From positions 10,664,001-10,728,000 of the forward strand of contig NC_092680.1 of assembly GCF_964355755.1 (NCBI RefSeq): a stretch of 64,000 nt of DNA. Direction: 5' to 3'. Within the stretch, counting starts at the first letter, position 1. Every line of letters begins with the position of its first letter. Shown in pieces: positions 11,001-25,260 of the stretch. The notes beneath the pieces are model-generated. The model was not told the DNA's origin and did not search any database. It worked only from the letters and a program-made list of their open reading frames with translations. The translations under genes were made by a program, and so were the position numbers. This DNA comes from Antedon mediterranea. Taxonomy: Eukaryota > Animalia > Echinodermata.

Positions 11001-12620
11001 ATGATGTTAGCACAATATATGTGCATAAATGGCAATATTATATAGCATAATTTTTGAATTTCAAAAAGTGGAAATTTTGGCAATTTTTCGAAAAAATTTC
11101 AATGGTCCCCCGCAGCGAAATTTTCGAAAAATTGCCAAATTTCGACCCTTTTATTTTTTGACATAACTAGTTACGATGGCTCTATAAGATGATTCTATCA
11201 CAATATATTTGTATAAATGCCAATATAATAGCATAATTATTGAATTTTAAAAAGTGGAAATTTTGGCCATTTTTCATAAAAATTCCTATGAAATTTTCGC
11301 AAAAATGGCCAAATTTCAAACCTTTTATTTGTTGACATAACTAGTTACTATGGCTCTATAAGATGATGATAGCACAAAATATTTGCATAAATGGCAATAT
11401 TATATAGCATACTTTTTTAATTTTAAAAAGTAGACATTTTTGGCATTTTTCGAAAAAATTCCTATGGTCCCCCGCAGGATAATTTTCGCAAAAATGGTAA
11501 AATTTCAAACCTTTTATTTTTTTGACATAACTAGTTACTCTTGCTGTATAAGATGAGTTTAGCACAATATATTTGCAATAATGGCAATATTATAGCATAA
11601 TTTTCGAATTTCAAAAAGTGTAAATTTTCGCCATTTTTCGAATAAAAACCTTATGGTCCCCCAAAGGGAATTTTTCGAAAAATGGCCAAATTTAGACCCT
11701 TTTATTTTTTGACATAACTAGTTACTATGGCTCTATAAGATGATGTTAGCACAATATATGTGCATAAATGGCAATATTATAGCATAATTTTTGAATTTCA
11801 AAAAGTTGAAATTTTGGCAATTTTTCGAAAAAAATCCTATGGTCCCCCGCAGGCGAAATTTTCTTTACACGTCAGATAAGGCAGAAATCATGAATAATTC
11901 ATTCAAGTGTAAATTTTCGCCATTTTTCGAATAAAAACCTTATGGTCCCCCAAAGGGAAATTTTCGAAAAATGGCCAAATTTAGACCCTTTTATTTTTTG
12001 ACATAACTAGTTACTATGGCTCTATAAGATGATTCTAACACAATATATTTGCATAAATGCCAATATAATAGCATAATTATTGAATTTTAAAAAGTGGAAA
12101 TTTTGGCCATTTTTGGAAAAAAATTCCTATGGTCCCCCGCAGGGAAATTTTCACGAAAATAGCCAAATTTCAAATCTTTTATTTTTGGACATAACTAGTT
12201 ACTATGGCTCTATAAGATGATGTTAGCACAATATATGTGCATAAATGGCAATATTATAGCATAATTTTTGAATTTCAAAAAGTGGAAATTTTGGCAATTT
12301 TTCGAAAAAATTTCAGTGGTCCCCCGCAGCAAAATTTTCAAAAAAATTGCCAAAGTTCGACCCTTTTGTTTTTTGACATAACTAGTTACGATGGCTCTTT
12401 AAGATGATTCTAACACAATATATTTGCATAAATGCCAATATAATAGCATAATTATTGAATTTTAAAAAGTGGAAATTTTTGCCATTTTTCGAAAAAATTC
12501 CTATGGTCCCCCGCAGGGAAATTTTCGCAAAAATGGCCAAATTTCAAACCTTTTATTTTTTGACATAACTAGTTATTCTGGCTTTATAAGATGATTCTAA
12601 CACAATATATTTGCATAAAT
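11001..12620. repeat. Satellite A array
   Basis: Same ~187 bp monomer as 1-650. Confidence 0.95.
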
Positions 12621-15356
12621 AAAGTTTCATCGAAATGCACAAATTGGTATAAGACGTTTCCAAATGCGATTTGAAGCTATTCTAAGCACTTTTGGGTTTT
12701 TATGTTAACAAGTTTATTAAAAAATGAACAAAATGGTTTAAAACGTCTCCAAATGCGATTTGAAGCTATTCTAAGCACGTTGGTGTTTTTATGTTAACAA
12801 GTTTTTCCCATTTTGTGATTTTTGAAAAAAACTTGTTAACATAAAAACACCAAAGTGCTAAGAATAGCTTCAAATCGCATTTGAGGACGTTTTAGATCAT
12901 TTTGTGCATTTCAATGAAACTTGGTTACACAAAACATCAAAGTGCTTAAAATCACATTAGAAATCGTTTTAGACCATTTTGAGCATTTCAATAAAACTTT
13001 TCACACAAAAACATCAAAGAGCACAAAATAGCCTAATATGGTATTTAAAAACGTTTTAGACCATTTTGAGTATTTCGACAATACTTTTTCACACAAAACA
13101 TCAAAGTGTACAGAATAGCTTCAAATCGCATTTGGAGACGTTTTAGACCATTTTGTGATTTTCGAAAAAACTTGTTAACATAAAAACACCAAAGTGCTAA
13201 GAATAGCTGCTTCAAATCGCATTTGGAAACGTTTTAGATCATTTTGTGCATTTCAATTTAACTTGTTTACACAAAAACATCAAAGTGCTTAAAATCACAT
13301 TAGAAACCGTTTTAGAACATTTTGAGCATTTCGAAAAAAACATCAAAGACCATAAAATAGCTTAATATCGTATTTTAAAACGTTTTAGACCATTTTGAGC
13401 ATTTCGACAAAACTTTTTCACAAAAAACATGAAAGTGTACAGAATAGCTTCAAATCGCATTTGGAGACGTTTTAGACCATTTTGTGCATTTCGATGAAAC
13501 AAAAACATGAAAGTGCTTAAAATCACATTAGAAACCGTTTTAGACCATTTTGAGCATTTCAATAAAACTTTTCACACAAAAACATCAAAGAGCACAAAAT
13601 AGTTTAATATCGTATTTAAAAACGTTTTAGACCATTTTGAGTATTTCGAAAATACTTTTTCACACAAAACACCAAAGTGTACAGAATAGCTTCAAATCGC
13701 ATTTGGAGACGATTTAGACCATTTTGTGATTTTCGAAAAAACTTGTTAACATAAAAACACCAAAGTGCTAAGAATAGCTGCTTCAAATCGCATTTGGAAA
13801 CGTTTTAGATCATTTTGTGCATTTCAATGAAACTTGGTTACACAAAAACATCAAATTGCTTAAAATCACATTAGAAACCGTTTTAGACCATTTTGAGCAT
13901 TTCGAAAAAACTTTTCATACAAAAACATCAAAGAGCATAAAATAGCTTAATATCGTATTTGAAAAACGTTTTAGACCATTTTGAGCATTTCGACAAACTT
14001 TTTCACACAAAACATGAAAGTGTACAGAATAGCTTCAAATCGCATTTGGAGACGTTTTAGACCATTTTGTGATTTTCGAAAAAACTTGTTAACATAAAAA
14101 CACCAAAGTGCAAATCGCATTACGAGACGTTTTAGATCATTTTGTGATTTCCGAATAAAATTGTTAACATAAAAGCACCAAAGTGCTAAGAATAGCTTCA
14201 AATCGCATTTGGAGACGTTTTTGACCATTTTGTGATTTTCGAAAAAACTTGTTAACATAAAAACACCAAAGTGCTAAGAATAGCTTCAAATCGCATTTGG
14301 AGACGTTTTAGACCATTTTCTGATTTTCGAGAAAACTTGTTAACATAAAAACTCCAAAGTGCTTAGAATAGTTTCAAATCGCATTTGGAGACGTTTTAGA
14401 CTATTTTGTGATTTTCGAAAAAACTTAACATAAAAACACCAAAGTGATTAGAATAGCTTCAAATCGCATTTGGAGACGTTTTAGTCCATTTTGTTCATTT
14501 CGATGAAACTTGGTTTCTTAGCTCTTTGGTGTTTTTATGTTAACAAGTTTTTTTGAAAATCACAAAATGCTCTAAAAACGTCTCCAAATGCGATTTGAAG
14601 CTATTCTTAGCCCTTTGGTGTTTTTATGTTAACAACTTTTTTTGAAAATCACAAAATGGTCTAAAACGTCTCCAAATGCAATTTGAAGCTATTCTGTACA
14701 TTTTGATGTTTTGTGTGAAAAAGTTTTGTCAAAATGCTCAAAATGGTCTAAAATGTTTTTAAATACGATATTAAGCTATTTTGTGCTCTTTGTTGTTTTT
14801 GTGTGAAAAGTTTTATCGAAATGCTCAAAATGGTCTAAGACGGTTTCTAATGTGATTTTAAGCACTTTCATGTTTTTGTGTAACCAATTTTTTTCGAAAA
14901 TCACAAAATGGTCTAAAACGTCTCCAAATGCGATTTGAAGCTATTCTGTACACTTTGATGTTTTATGTGAAAAAGTTTTGTCGAAATGCTCAAAATGGTC
15001 TAAAACGTTTTCAAATACGATATTAAGCTATTTTGTGCTCTTTGATGTTTTTGTGTGAACAGTTTTATCGAAATGCTCAAAATGGTCTAAAACGGTTTCT
15101 AATTTGATTTTAAGCACTTTGATTTTTTCGTGTAACCAAGTTTCATCGAAATGCACAAAATGGTCTAAAACGTCTCCAAATGCGATTTGAAGCTATTCTA
15201 AGCACTTTTGTGTTTTTGTGTTAACAAGTTTTTTCGAAAATCACAAAATTGTCTAAAACGTCTCCAAATGCGATTTGAAGCTTTTTTGTACACTTTGATG
15301 TTTTGTGTGAAAAAGTTTTGTCGAAATGCTCAAAATGGTCTTAAACGTTTTTAAAT
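12621..15356. repeat. Satellite B array copy 2 with the same internal inversion
   Basis: Near-identical to 651-3387 at offset ~11969. Confidence 0.93.
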
Positions 15357-16380
15357 CTCTCATCCTCGTATAAGGAAATTATTGATAGGAATGCTGTATT
15401 AGAGGAACAAGTCAAGACGTTACAGGTTCTAGTAAGTGAACAGGATTTCAAACAACCAAGATGTTCAGCAAAGAGATCAGTTGTAAAATCAAATACTCAA
15501 ACATCTATTAATTTGAATAACCCTTGCCTCAGTATCACTAGGAGGGAAGAAGGCAAAGTCTGTGAAGAAAATTTGCAAAATATTACTTATAATAATGTAT
15601 CACCTAAGCCTACAAAGAAAGCCGAACAAATTACAGCAAAACAACTTCCAGCTAAACAAATTCCAGCTAAACAAATTCCAGTTAAACAGATTCCAGCCAA
15701 ACAAATTCCAGCTAATCAACAAAGAAATCTAATAATAGGTGACTCTATGCTGAAGCATATTAAGACAAATGGTCTATGTGAAACATCTGTGAGAACATTA
15801 AGAGGAGCAACTGTGGAACAAGTTAACTATACATTATGTGAGATCGATCTGACCAATGTAGAAAATTTTGTCATTCATGCTGGAACAAATGACTGTTGCG
15901 ATATCAACTTTGACTTGGATAGGCTAAAGAACGACTACACTGATATGATATCAAGGCTTAAAATGAAGATAACAGGCGAGGTTTTCATCTCAGCGATTTG
16001 CCCGAGACTTGATGATCTTTCATTAAACAGACGCGTATTTGACGTAAATGAAATGCTCAAATATTCTTTCGGTAACATTGTTATGGATCACAGCCGAGCT
16101 TTCACTACACGATATGGAGTGGATTCATCAAAGTTTACAAGTCATGGTTTACATCTTAACTTGAGGGGTACATCAGCCTTGGTTAAGAGTATTAATAATG
16201 TACTGTCAATAATATCACCAAAGAAAAATAGAAGAACTGGAAGCACGCACACTAGAGATCATCAAAGCATGCCTGTAGCAAATTGTCATTTCTGTTTTTT
16301 GCAGACATGGAAAAGCAGTTGTGTGTTGGGTTTGTAAACAAGTAGGACATAAAGCGAAATTTTGCCAAGTTGAACACTGA
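15357..16380 (+). pseudogene. LINE ORF1 remnant (SGNH esterase + broken CCHC knuckles), copy 2
   Basis: ORF 15513-16337 is identical to copy 1 except K>I (DMISRL). Confidence 0.85.
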
Positions 16381-16422
16381 AAAAATGGCAAAGTAGATGA
16401 AGCCGTAATAAATGTAGCTAAG

Positions 16423-17448
16423 ATGAAGAGTGCTGATGATAATGACATAACATTAAATGAAATTTATATAAACAATGATTCTAGTAATAATAGCAGTAAT
16501 ATAGTAAATTCAGGTAACACAAAATCAAGTAAAATGTTAAGTTTATTCTATTTTAATATAAGAAGTATGAAAAACAAATTATTAGATTTCAATGTTAGAT
16601 TTTCTTCTTCGTCTCATGACGTCATTGCTATATCAGAGACATGGCCCGATAGCACAGTATATGATAGTCAGCTTTTAAACAATGATTATACCATTTTTAG
16701 AAAGGATAGAAATTCTCATGGAGGGGGGGGGGGGGTTTAATTGCTTGTAAAACATGTTTAAATCCATCTTTATGCACAGATCTCAATGTTGATACACTTG
16801 AACTGATTTGGATAGAATGTCATTGTAATATAGGTAAAATTTTATTAGGAGTGTTTTATAGGCCGCCTTCTTCAAATGTTCAATATTTAAATTCCTTTAT
16901 TGATAATATAGATAAAGTTCAAGCAAAAGTTGTTGATTACAAACAGGTATTACTCATAGGCGACTTTAATATTCATGTTGATTGGAATTGTTTGAATGTG
17001 AACAATGGTTTATCCGCCCAAGCAAGAAGCTTGGTAGAAGGAACAATGGCAACTGGACTAGTGCAAATAATAGACCAGCCTTCTTATGTAACACGAAATG
17101 GGGATGGGCACTTTTTGGACTTGGCTTTTGTTAGTAATCCACTTTTAATTGATAAATGTAAAATTATTAACAATTTTGACTCATGTGATCATGAGGCAAT
17201 TGAGATATGTCTAAGGATATCAAAACAACGTGACAAAGTTATAACAAAAACTGTGTATGTACTAAAAAATGCAGATTAGCAGAAAAGCATATTAATTAAT
17301 TTTAATTGGGAAAATTGTTTTATGTTTGAAAATATGAATCTGTGCCTATTAAGAAAAGAAATAAAACTAAATTATTTCCATGGATTACTACAGAAATTAA
17401 GAAACTTTGTACAAAGAAAAGAAAATTATATAGGAAGGCTAAGATTTC
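16423..17448 (+). pseudogene. LINE ORF2 AP endonuclease remnant, copy 2
   Basis: Split ORFs 16423-16740 and 16851-17279 at the poly-G tract. Confidence 0.9.
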
Positions 17449-20400
17449 TTTTTCTTTTTTTTTTTTTGAAAATAAATATTGTTTTTGAAAGTGAAATATT
17501 GTTATAGTTGTAAATGTCAGGCCTAAACAAGTGGACCTTTTTTAAAATCAGAAACAAAGTTGCATGACATTATTTTTCATTGATTGATCATTTATTTCAT
17601 ATAAATAGACTATTATCAGCTCTTCACTCAACTACTGGGTTGTGGCGTAACCGGTAATGCTCAGGTTTGAGTTCTCTCAGTAGTGGGTTCGAATCTCTAG
17701 GAATATTTTTTCTTTTTTTTTTAATTGAAAATAAATATGGTTTTTGATAGTGAGATATTTTATTTTTATGGTTGTAAATGTCATGCCTAACCAAGTCGAC
17801 CTTTTTAAAAGTCAGAAATGAAGTTGCATAGCATTATTTTTCATTGATTGATTTATCCATTCATACAAATAGACTATTATCAGCTCTTCAGTCATCTACT
17901 GGTTTGTGGCGTAATTGGTAATGCTCAGGTTTGAGTGCTCTCAGCAGTGGGTTCGAACCTATACGGGTATTTTTTTCTTTTTTTTTTAATTGAAAATAAA
18001 TATTGTTTTTGAAAGTGAGATATTTTTATGGTTGTAAATGTCATGCCTAACCAAGTGGACCTTTTTTAAAATCAGAAACAAAGTTGCATAACATCATTTT
18101 ACATTGATTGATCATTCATTTCATATAAATAGACTATTATGATCTCTTCAGGCATCTACTGGTTTGTGGCGTAACCGGTAATGCTCAGGTTTGAGTGCTC
18201 TCAGCAGTGGGTTCGAACCTATACGGGTATTTTTTTGTTTTTTTTTTAATTGAAAATAAATATTGTTTTTGAAAGTGAGATATTTTGAGGGTTGTAAATG
18301 CATGGCATAAAGAAAAGGACCTTTTTTAAAATCAGAAACAAAGTTGCATAACATCATTTTACATTGATTAATTATTTATTTCATATAAATAGAGTATTAT
18401 TAGCTCTTCAGTCATCTACTGGTTTGTGGCGTAGCGTGTACTGCTCAAGTTTGAGTGCTCGCAGTAGTGGGTTCGCACCTCTAAGGAAATTTTTATTTAT
18501 TTTTTTTTTAAATTGAAAAAAAATATTGTTTTTGAAAGTGAGATATTTTGAGGGTTGTAAATGTCAGGCCTAAAGAAGTGGACCTTTTTTAAAATCAGAA
18601 ACAAAGTTGCATGGCATTATTTTTCATTGATTGATCATTAATTTCATATTATCAGCTCTTCAGTCATCTACTGGTTTGTGGCGTAACGGGTAATACCCAG
18701 GTTCGAGTGCTCTCAGTAGCGGGTTCCAACCTCTAAGGATATTGCTTTTTTTTTCTTATTGAAAATAAATATTTTTTTTGGAAAATGAGATATTTTGAGG
18801 GTTGTAAATGTCAGGCCTAAACAAACGGATCTTTTTTTCAATCAGAAACAAAGTTGCATGGCATTATTTTTCATTGATTGATCATTTCATATAAATAGAC
18901 TATTATCAGCCCTTCAGTCATCTACTGGTTTGTGGCGTAACGGGTAATACTCAGGTCTGAGTGCTCTCAGTAGTGGGTTCTAACCTCTAGGGATATGTCT
19001 TTTTTCTTTTTTTTTTAATTGAAAATAAATATTGTTTTTGATAGTGAGATATTTTTATGGTTGTAAATGTCATGCCTAATCAAGTCGACCTTTTTAAAAA
19101 TCAGAAATAAAGTTGCATAGCATTATTTTTCATTGATTGATCATCCATTCATATAAATAGACTATTATCAGCTCTTCAGTCATCTACTGGTTTGTGGCGT
19201 AACGGGTAATGCTCAGGTTTGAGTGCTCCCAGTAGTGCGTCGAACCTCTAGGGATATTTTTTTTCTTTTTTTTTAAATTGAAAATAAATATGGTTTTTGA
19301 AAGTGTGATATTTTGAGGGTTGTAAATGTCAGGCCTAAACAAGTGGACATTTTTTCAATCAGAAACAAAGTTGCATGGCATTATTTTTCATTGATTGATC
19401 ATTCATTTCATATAAATAGACTATTATGAGCTCGGCCGTTCCAAGGCAAAACAACGTAACTACAAAATGTTGCTTTTCGAGAAAAATTGAATTGAAGTTT
19501 GAGTGTTTGCATTTCAAAAACAAATTATCGTAATGATGTGAAATTTTGCATGAGTATATATAAATAATAATTATTATTAAATACAAAATGTTAAATAATT
19601 TAAACAATTTGATCAAAAGTTATTACCACTTTTAACAGATACGTTGTTTTGCCTTAGAAATGACGTGCATAGAATGAAAGTCATTTCTGAGGCAAAACAA
19701 CGTAACTGCGATATTCTGTGGCAAAACAACGTAACTGTGATCATTCCATGGCAAAACAACGTAACTGTGATGATTTTAAAAACAATGGATTGAAACTCTT
19801 TTTGAACAAAAGGGAAGGCTGCGATCATCTATGATGGCTAGGAACTAGGTTGGCTTAACAAAGAGTGCATTTGAAGCTAGGCTTAGCCATTTGCATCTAC
19901 TATTTATGATATAGACTTATTACATTATTATGTTATAGCCTACCTACTAGCCTGCTACTACAAGGCCTACGTACAAAAATGCAAAGACGGCCGTCCGACT
20001 AGGCTAGGCATAGCCTAGTTTCAATGACAATACTGGTGTACTAGGCTAGATTAGGTAGGTCTGTAAAAATAATAGCCTAGCCTAGTTTCAAGCTTGCCTG
20101 AACTTTTTCGTAAATATAGTTAATTCTTAGAATAAATTTTAATACATTAAATTAGTTGTCTAGCGTAATAAGCCTAATATTGTTTAATATATCTTTTACT
20201 TTTAGTTAAGATCGTTGCTATGCCTATCGTCATGCATCAGTGGTTTCTGTCTCAAAATTACGTAACTTAGCTGATTGTGAGAATTTGAAGCGAAAATCGT
20301 AGACATTTCCGTGGCAGATCTGGTAGATACGTTGTTTTGCCTTGGAAAATACCAGAATTATTTGTTTTTTGCTTAAAGATACGTGGTACTATCTCTAAAA

Positions 20401-23400
20401 TTAATGATCTCTAAAACCTGAAATTTTTACAGGTTGTTCATAAATTTGTAATAATTCCCCAAATGTAAAAATCTCAAAATTGATAAAAATGCGAGTTACG
20501 TGGTAGGCCTTGGAACGGCCGAGCTCTTCAGTCATCTATTGGTTTGTGGCGTAATGGGTAATGCTCAGGTTTGAGTGCTCTCAGCAGTGGGTTCGAACCT
20601 ATACGGGTATTTTTTTTCTTTTTTTTTATTGAAAATAAATATTGTTTTTGAAAGTGAGATATTTTGAGGGTTGCAACTGTCAAGCCTAAACAAGTGAACC
20701 TTTTTTAAAGTCAGAAAGAAAGTTGCATGGCATTATTTTTCATTGATTGATCATCTATTTCATATAAATAGACTATTATCAGCTCTTCAGACATCTACTG
20801 GTTTGCCGCGTAACTGGTAATCCTCAGGTTTGAGTGATTTCAATAGTGGGTTTGAACTTCCAGGGATATTTTTTTTCTTTTTTTTTTTATTCGAAAATAA
20901 ATATTGTTTTTGAATGTGAAATATTGTTAAAGTTGTAAATGTCAGGCCTGAACAAGTGGACCTTTTTTAAAATCAGAAACAAAGTTGCATAACATTTTTT
21001 GTCATTGATTGATCATTCATTTCATATAAATAGATTATTATCAGCTCTTCACTCATCTACTGGGTTGTTGCGTAACCGGTAATGCTCAGGTTTGAGTTCT
21101 CTCAGTAGTGGGTTCGAATCTCTAGGAATATTTTTTCTTTTTTTTTTAATTGAAAATAAATATTGTTTTTGATAGTGAGATATTTTTATGGTTGTAAATG
21201 TCATGCCTAACCAAGTCGACCTTTTTAAAAATCAGAAATGAAGTTGCATCGCATTATTTTTCATTGATTGATCATCCATTCATATAAATAGACTATTATC
21301 AGCTGTTCAGTCATCTACTGGTTTGTGGCGTAACGGGTAATGCTCAGGTTTGAGTGCTCTCAGCAGTGTGTTCGAACCTATATGGGTTTTTTTTTTCTTT
21401 TTTTTTTCATTGAAAATAAATATTGTTTTTGAAAGTGAGATATTGTTATGGTTGTAAATGTCAGGCCTAAACAAGTGGACCTTTTTTAAAATCAGAAACA
21501 AAGTTGCATAACATCATTTTACATTGATTGATCATTCATTTCATATAAATAGACTATTATGATCTCTTCAGGCATCTACTGGTTTGTGGCGTAACGGGTA
21601 ATACTCAGGTCTGAGTGCTCTCAGTAGTGTGTTCGCACCTCTAAGGATATTTTTATTTATTTTTTTTTTAAATTGAAAATAAATATTGTTTATCAGAAAC
21701 AAAGTTGCATAAGATTATTTTTCATTGATTGATCATCCATTCATATAAATAGACTATTATCAGCTCTTCAGTCATCTACTGGTTTGTGGCGTAGCGGGTA
21801 ATGCTCAAGTTTGAGTGCTCGCAGTAGTGTGTTCGCACCTCTAAGGATATTTTTATTTATTTTTTTTTTAAATTGAAAATAAATATTGTTTTTGAAAGTG
21901 AGATATTTTGAGGGTTGTAAATGTCAGGCCTAAACAAGTGGACCTTTTTTAAAATCAGAAAGAAAGTTGCATGGCATTATTTTTTCATTGATTGATCATT
22001 CATTTCATATAAATAGACTATTATCAGCTCCTCAGTCATCTATTGGTTTGTGGCGTAACGGGTAATACTCAGGTCTGAGTGCTCTCGGTAGTGGGTTCTA
22101 ACCTCTAGGGATATTTCTTTTTTCTTTTTTTTTTAATTGAAAATAAATATTTTTTTTGAAAATGAGATATTTTGAGAGTTGTAAATGTCAGGCCTAAAGA
22201 AGTGGACCTTTTTTAAAATCAGAAACAAAGTTGCATGGCATTATTTTTCATTGATTGATCATTAATTTCATATTATCAGCTCTTCAGTCATCTACTGGTT
22301 TGAGGCATAACGGGTAATACCCAGGTTCGAGTGCTCTCAGTAGCGGGTTCCAACCTCTAGGGATATTGCTTTTTTTTTTAAATTGAAAATAAATATTGTT
22401 TTTGATAGTGAGATATTTTTATGGTTGTAAATGTCATGCCTAACCAAGTTGAAAATAAATATTGTTTTTGAAAGTGAAATATTGTTATAGTTGTAAATGT
22501 CAGGCCTAAACAAGTGGACCTTTTTTAAAATCAGAAACAAAGTAGACTATTATCAGCTCTTCACTCATCTACTGGGTTGTGGCGTAACCGGTAATGCTCA
22601 GGGGTGAGTTCTCTCAGTAGTGGGTTCGAATCTCTAGGAATATTTTTTCTTTTTTTTTAATTGAAAATATATATTGTTTTTGATAGTGAGATATTTTTAT
22701 GGTTGTAAATGTCATGCCTAACCAAGTCGACCTTTTTAAAAATCAGAAATGAAGTTGCATCGCATTATTTTTCATTGATTGATCATCCATTCATATAAAT
22801 AGACTATTATCAGCTGTTCAGTCATCTACTGGTTTGTGGCGTAACGGGTAATGCTCAGGTTTGAGTGCTCTCAGCAGTGGCTTCGAACCTATATGGGTTT
22901 TTTTTTTCTTTTTTTTTTCATTGAAAATAAATATTGTTTTTGAAAGTGAGATATTGTTATGGTTGTAAATGTCAGGCCTAAACAAGTGGACCTTTTTTAA
23001 AATCAGAAACAAGGTTGCATAATATTATTTTTCATTGATTGATCATTCATTTCATATAAATAGACTATTATCAGCTCTTCAGTCATCTACTGGTTTGTGG
23101 CGTAACGGGTAATGCTCAGGTTTGATTGCTCTCAGCAGTGGGTTCGAACCTATATGGGTATTTTTTTTCTTTTTTTTTTAATTGAAAATAAATATTGTTT
23201 TTGAAAGTGAGATATTTTTATGGTTGTAAATGTCATGCCTAACCAAGTGGACCTTTTTTAAAATCAGAAACAAAGTTGCATAACATCATTTTACATTGAT
23301 TGATCATTCATTTCATATAAATAGACTATTATGATCTCTTCAGTCATCTACTGGTTTGTGGCGTAACGGGTAATGCTCAGTTTTGATTGCTCTCAGCAGT

Positions 23401-24240
23401 GGGTTCGAACCTATATGGGTATTTTTTTTCTTTTTTTTTTTAATTGAAAATAAATATTGTTTTTGAAAGTGAGATATTTTTATGGTTGTAAATGTCATGC
23501 CTAACCAAGTGGACCTTTTTTAAAATCAGAAACAAAGTTGCATAACATCATTTTACATTGATTTATCATTCATTTCATATAAATAGACTATTATGATCTC
23601 TTCAGGCATCTACTGGTTTGTGGCGTAACGGGTAATACTCAGGTCTGAGTGCTCTCAGTAGTTGGTTCGAACCTCTAGGGATATTTCTTTTTTCTTTTTT
23701 TTTAATTGAAAATAATTTTTTTTTTAAACCATTTTTATGGTTGTAAATGTCAGGCCTAAAGAAGTTGACTTTTTTAAAAATCAGAAACAAAGTTGCATGG
23801 CATTATTTTTCATTGATTGATCATTAAATTCATATTATCAGCACTTCAGTAATCTACTGGTTTGTGGCGTAACGGGTAATACCCAGGTTTGATTGCTCTC
23901 AGTAGCGGGTTCCAACCTCTAGGGATATTGCTTTTTTTTTCTTATTGAAAATAAATATTTTTTTGGAAAATGAGATATTTTGGGGGTTGTAAATGTCAGG
24001 CCTAAAGAAATGGATCTTTTTTAAAATCAGAAACAAAGTTGCATGGCATTATTTTTCATTGATTGATCATTCATTTCATATAAATAGAATATTATCAGCT
24101 CTTCAGTCATCTACTGGTTTGTGGCGTAACGGGTAATGCTCAAGTTTGTGTGCTCTCAGCATTGGGTTCGAACCTCTACGGATATTTTTATTTTTTTATA
24201 ATTATTTTTTTTTAATTGAAAATAAATATTGTTTTTGAAA
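17449..24240 (+). repeat. Array C copy 2 (~22 tRNA-like cassettes)
   Basis: Same ~260 bp monomer with A/B boxes. Confidence 0.92.
19434..20520. mobile_element. MITE-like TIR element, copy 2
   Basis: ggccgttccaaggc TIRs, gagctc flanks. Confidence 0.9.
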
Positions 24241-25260
24241 TCAAATACATGTAAAAAGACTGCCATAAAGCCTCCAAAAGAAGTCAATGTGCTCCTTCGT
24301 ATTCAGTACTCATGGGTGAGCTTCTTTTCCACCTGGAGTTCTTTTCGAGAGCTGCTGGGTTCCCGCCCGGAAAATGTTTTATTTACATGATTTGAACAAT
24401 ATTCTAATGTAAATATTAACAGCATCAAAATTTAACAGTGTGGCGTGTTGACCGCGAATGATTAACATATTATCTTTCCCATAATACACGTGCACAAGCT
24501 CATTTGCATAACAACCACGAGGCATACCAAACTGTTTAAAATAAAGAAAATAGAGTTGCACAGACTCCCGCCTGAGAATGGTACTTTACATGATTTGAAA
24601 TTATATGAAACAAAATATATAAGACTAACAAGGACAATAGAGCTTGTCCCCGGAAAGTGCACCTATTCATTGAATTATGAAATTAAATACTACTAGCCCA
24701 CCATGTTTGGGGCAGAGCTAATAATGAAAATAGAGCCCAGAATTGCACTTATACTTATACTTATTACCATACATAATCACCTATGATATTTATGATTATT
24801 TGTTAAAAATTCAACTATCCAGATGCGAATTCAAAAAGTTTAGGTAGAGTTTTCTACTTTAAAAACTCGACTTCGTATATGCCTAAGGCCTAGCCCGGCG
24901 GCGGAATTAGTCTAAGTTTCGAAATCGGTCTGGAAATCGGCATCTTTGCAAATGTTCTATATTTGATCTATTTCACTCTCCATTAACCCGATACAAAAAT
25001 CATCGGAGACAAACTATCTGTTTAAAACATGTTTATTCTGGGACGGTGCGGCCATACACACCAACTACCATCCATAAATGTTTATTCATAACATATTACA
25101 ATACAATATCTTGCATGAATCGGACATTTCGATACCAATGTAGCAACATTGATTAACAAAATCAAAATTCAACAGTGTGGCGTGTTGACCGCGAATTACT
25201 AACAATACCATCTTTCACACTACACCTACAAAAACTCATTTGCATAATAACAAACGGCAT
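24241..25260. repeat. Spacer D copy 2
   Basis: Near-identical to 9982-11000. Confidence 0.8.

Larger units (their letters stand above)
15357..17448 (+). mobile_element. CR1/L2-clade LINE fragment, copy 2
   Basis: Same junctions and ORFs as copy 1. Confidence 0.88.
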
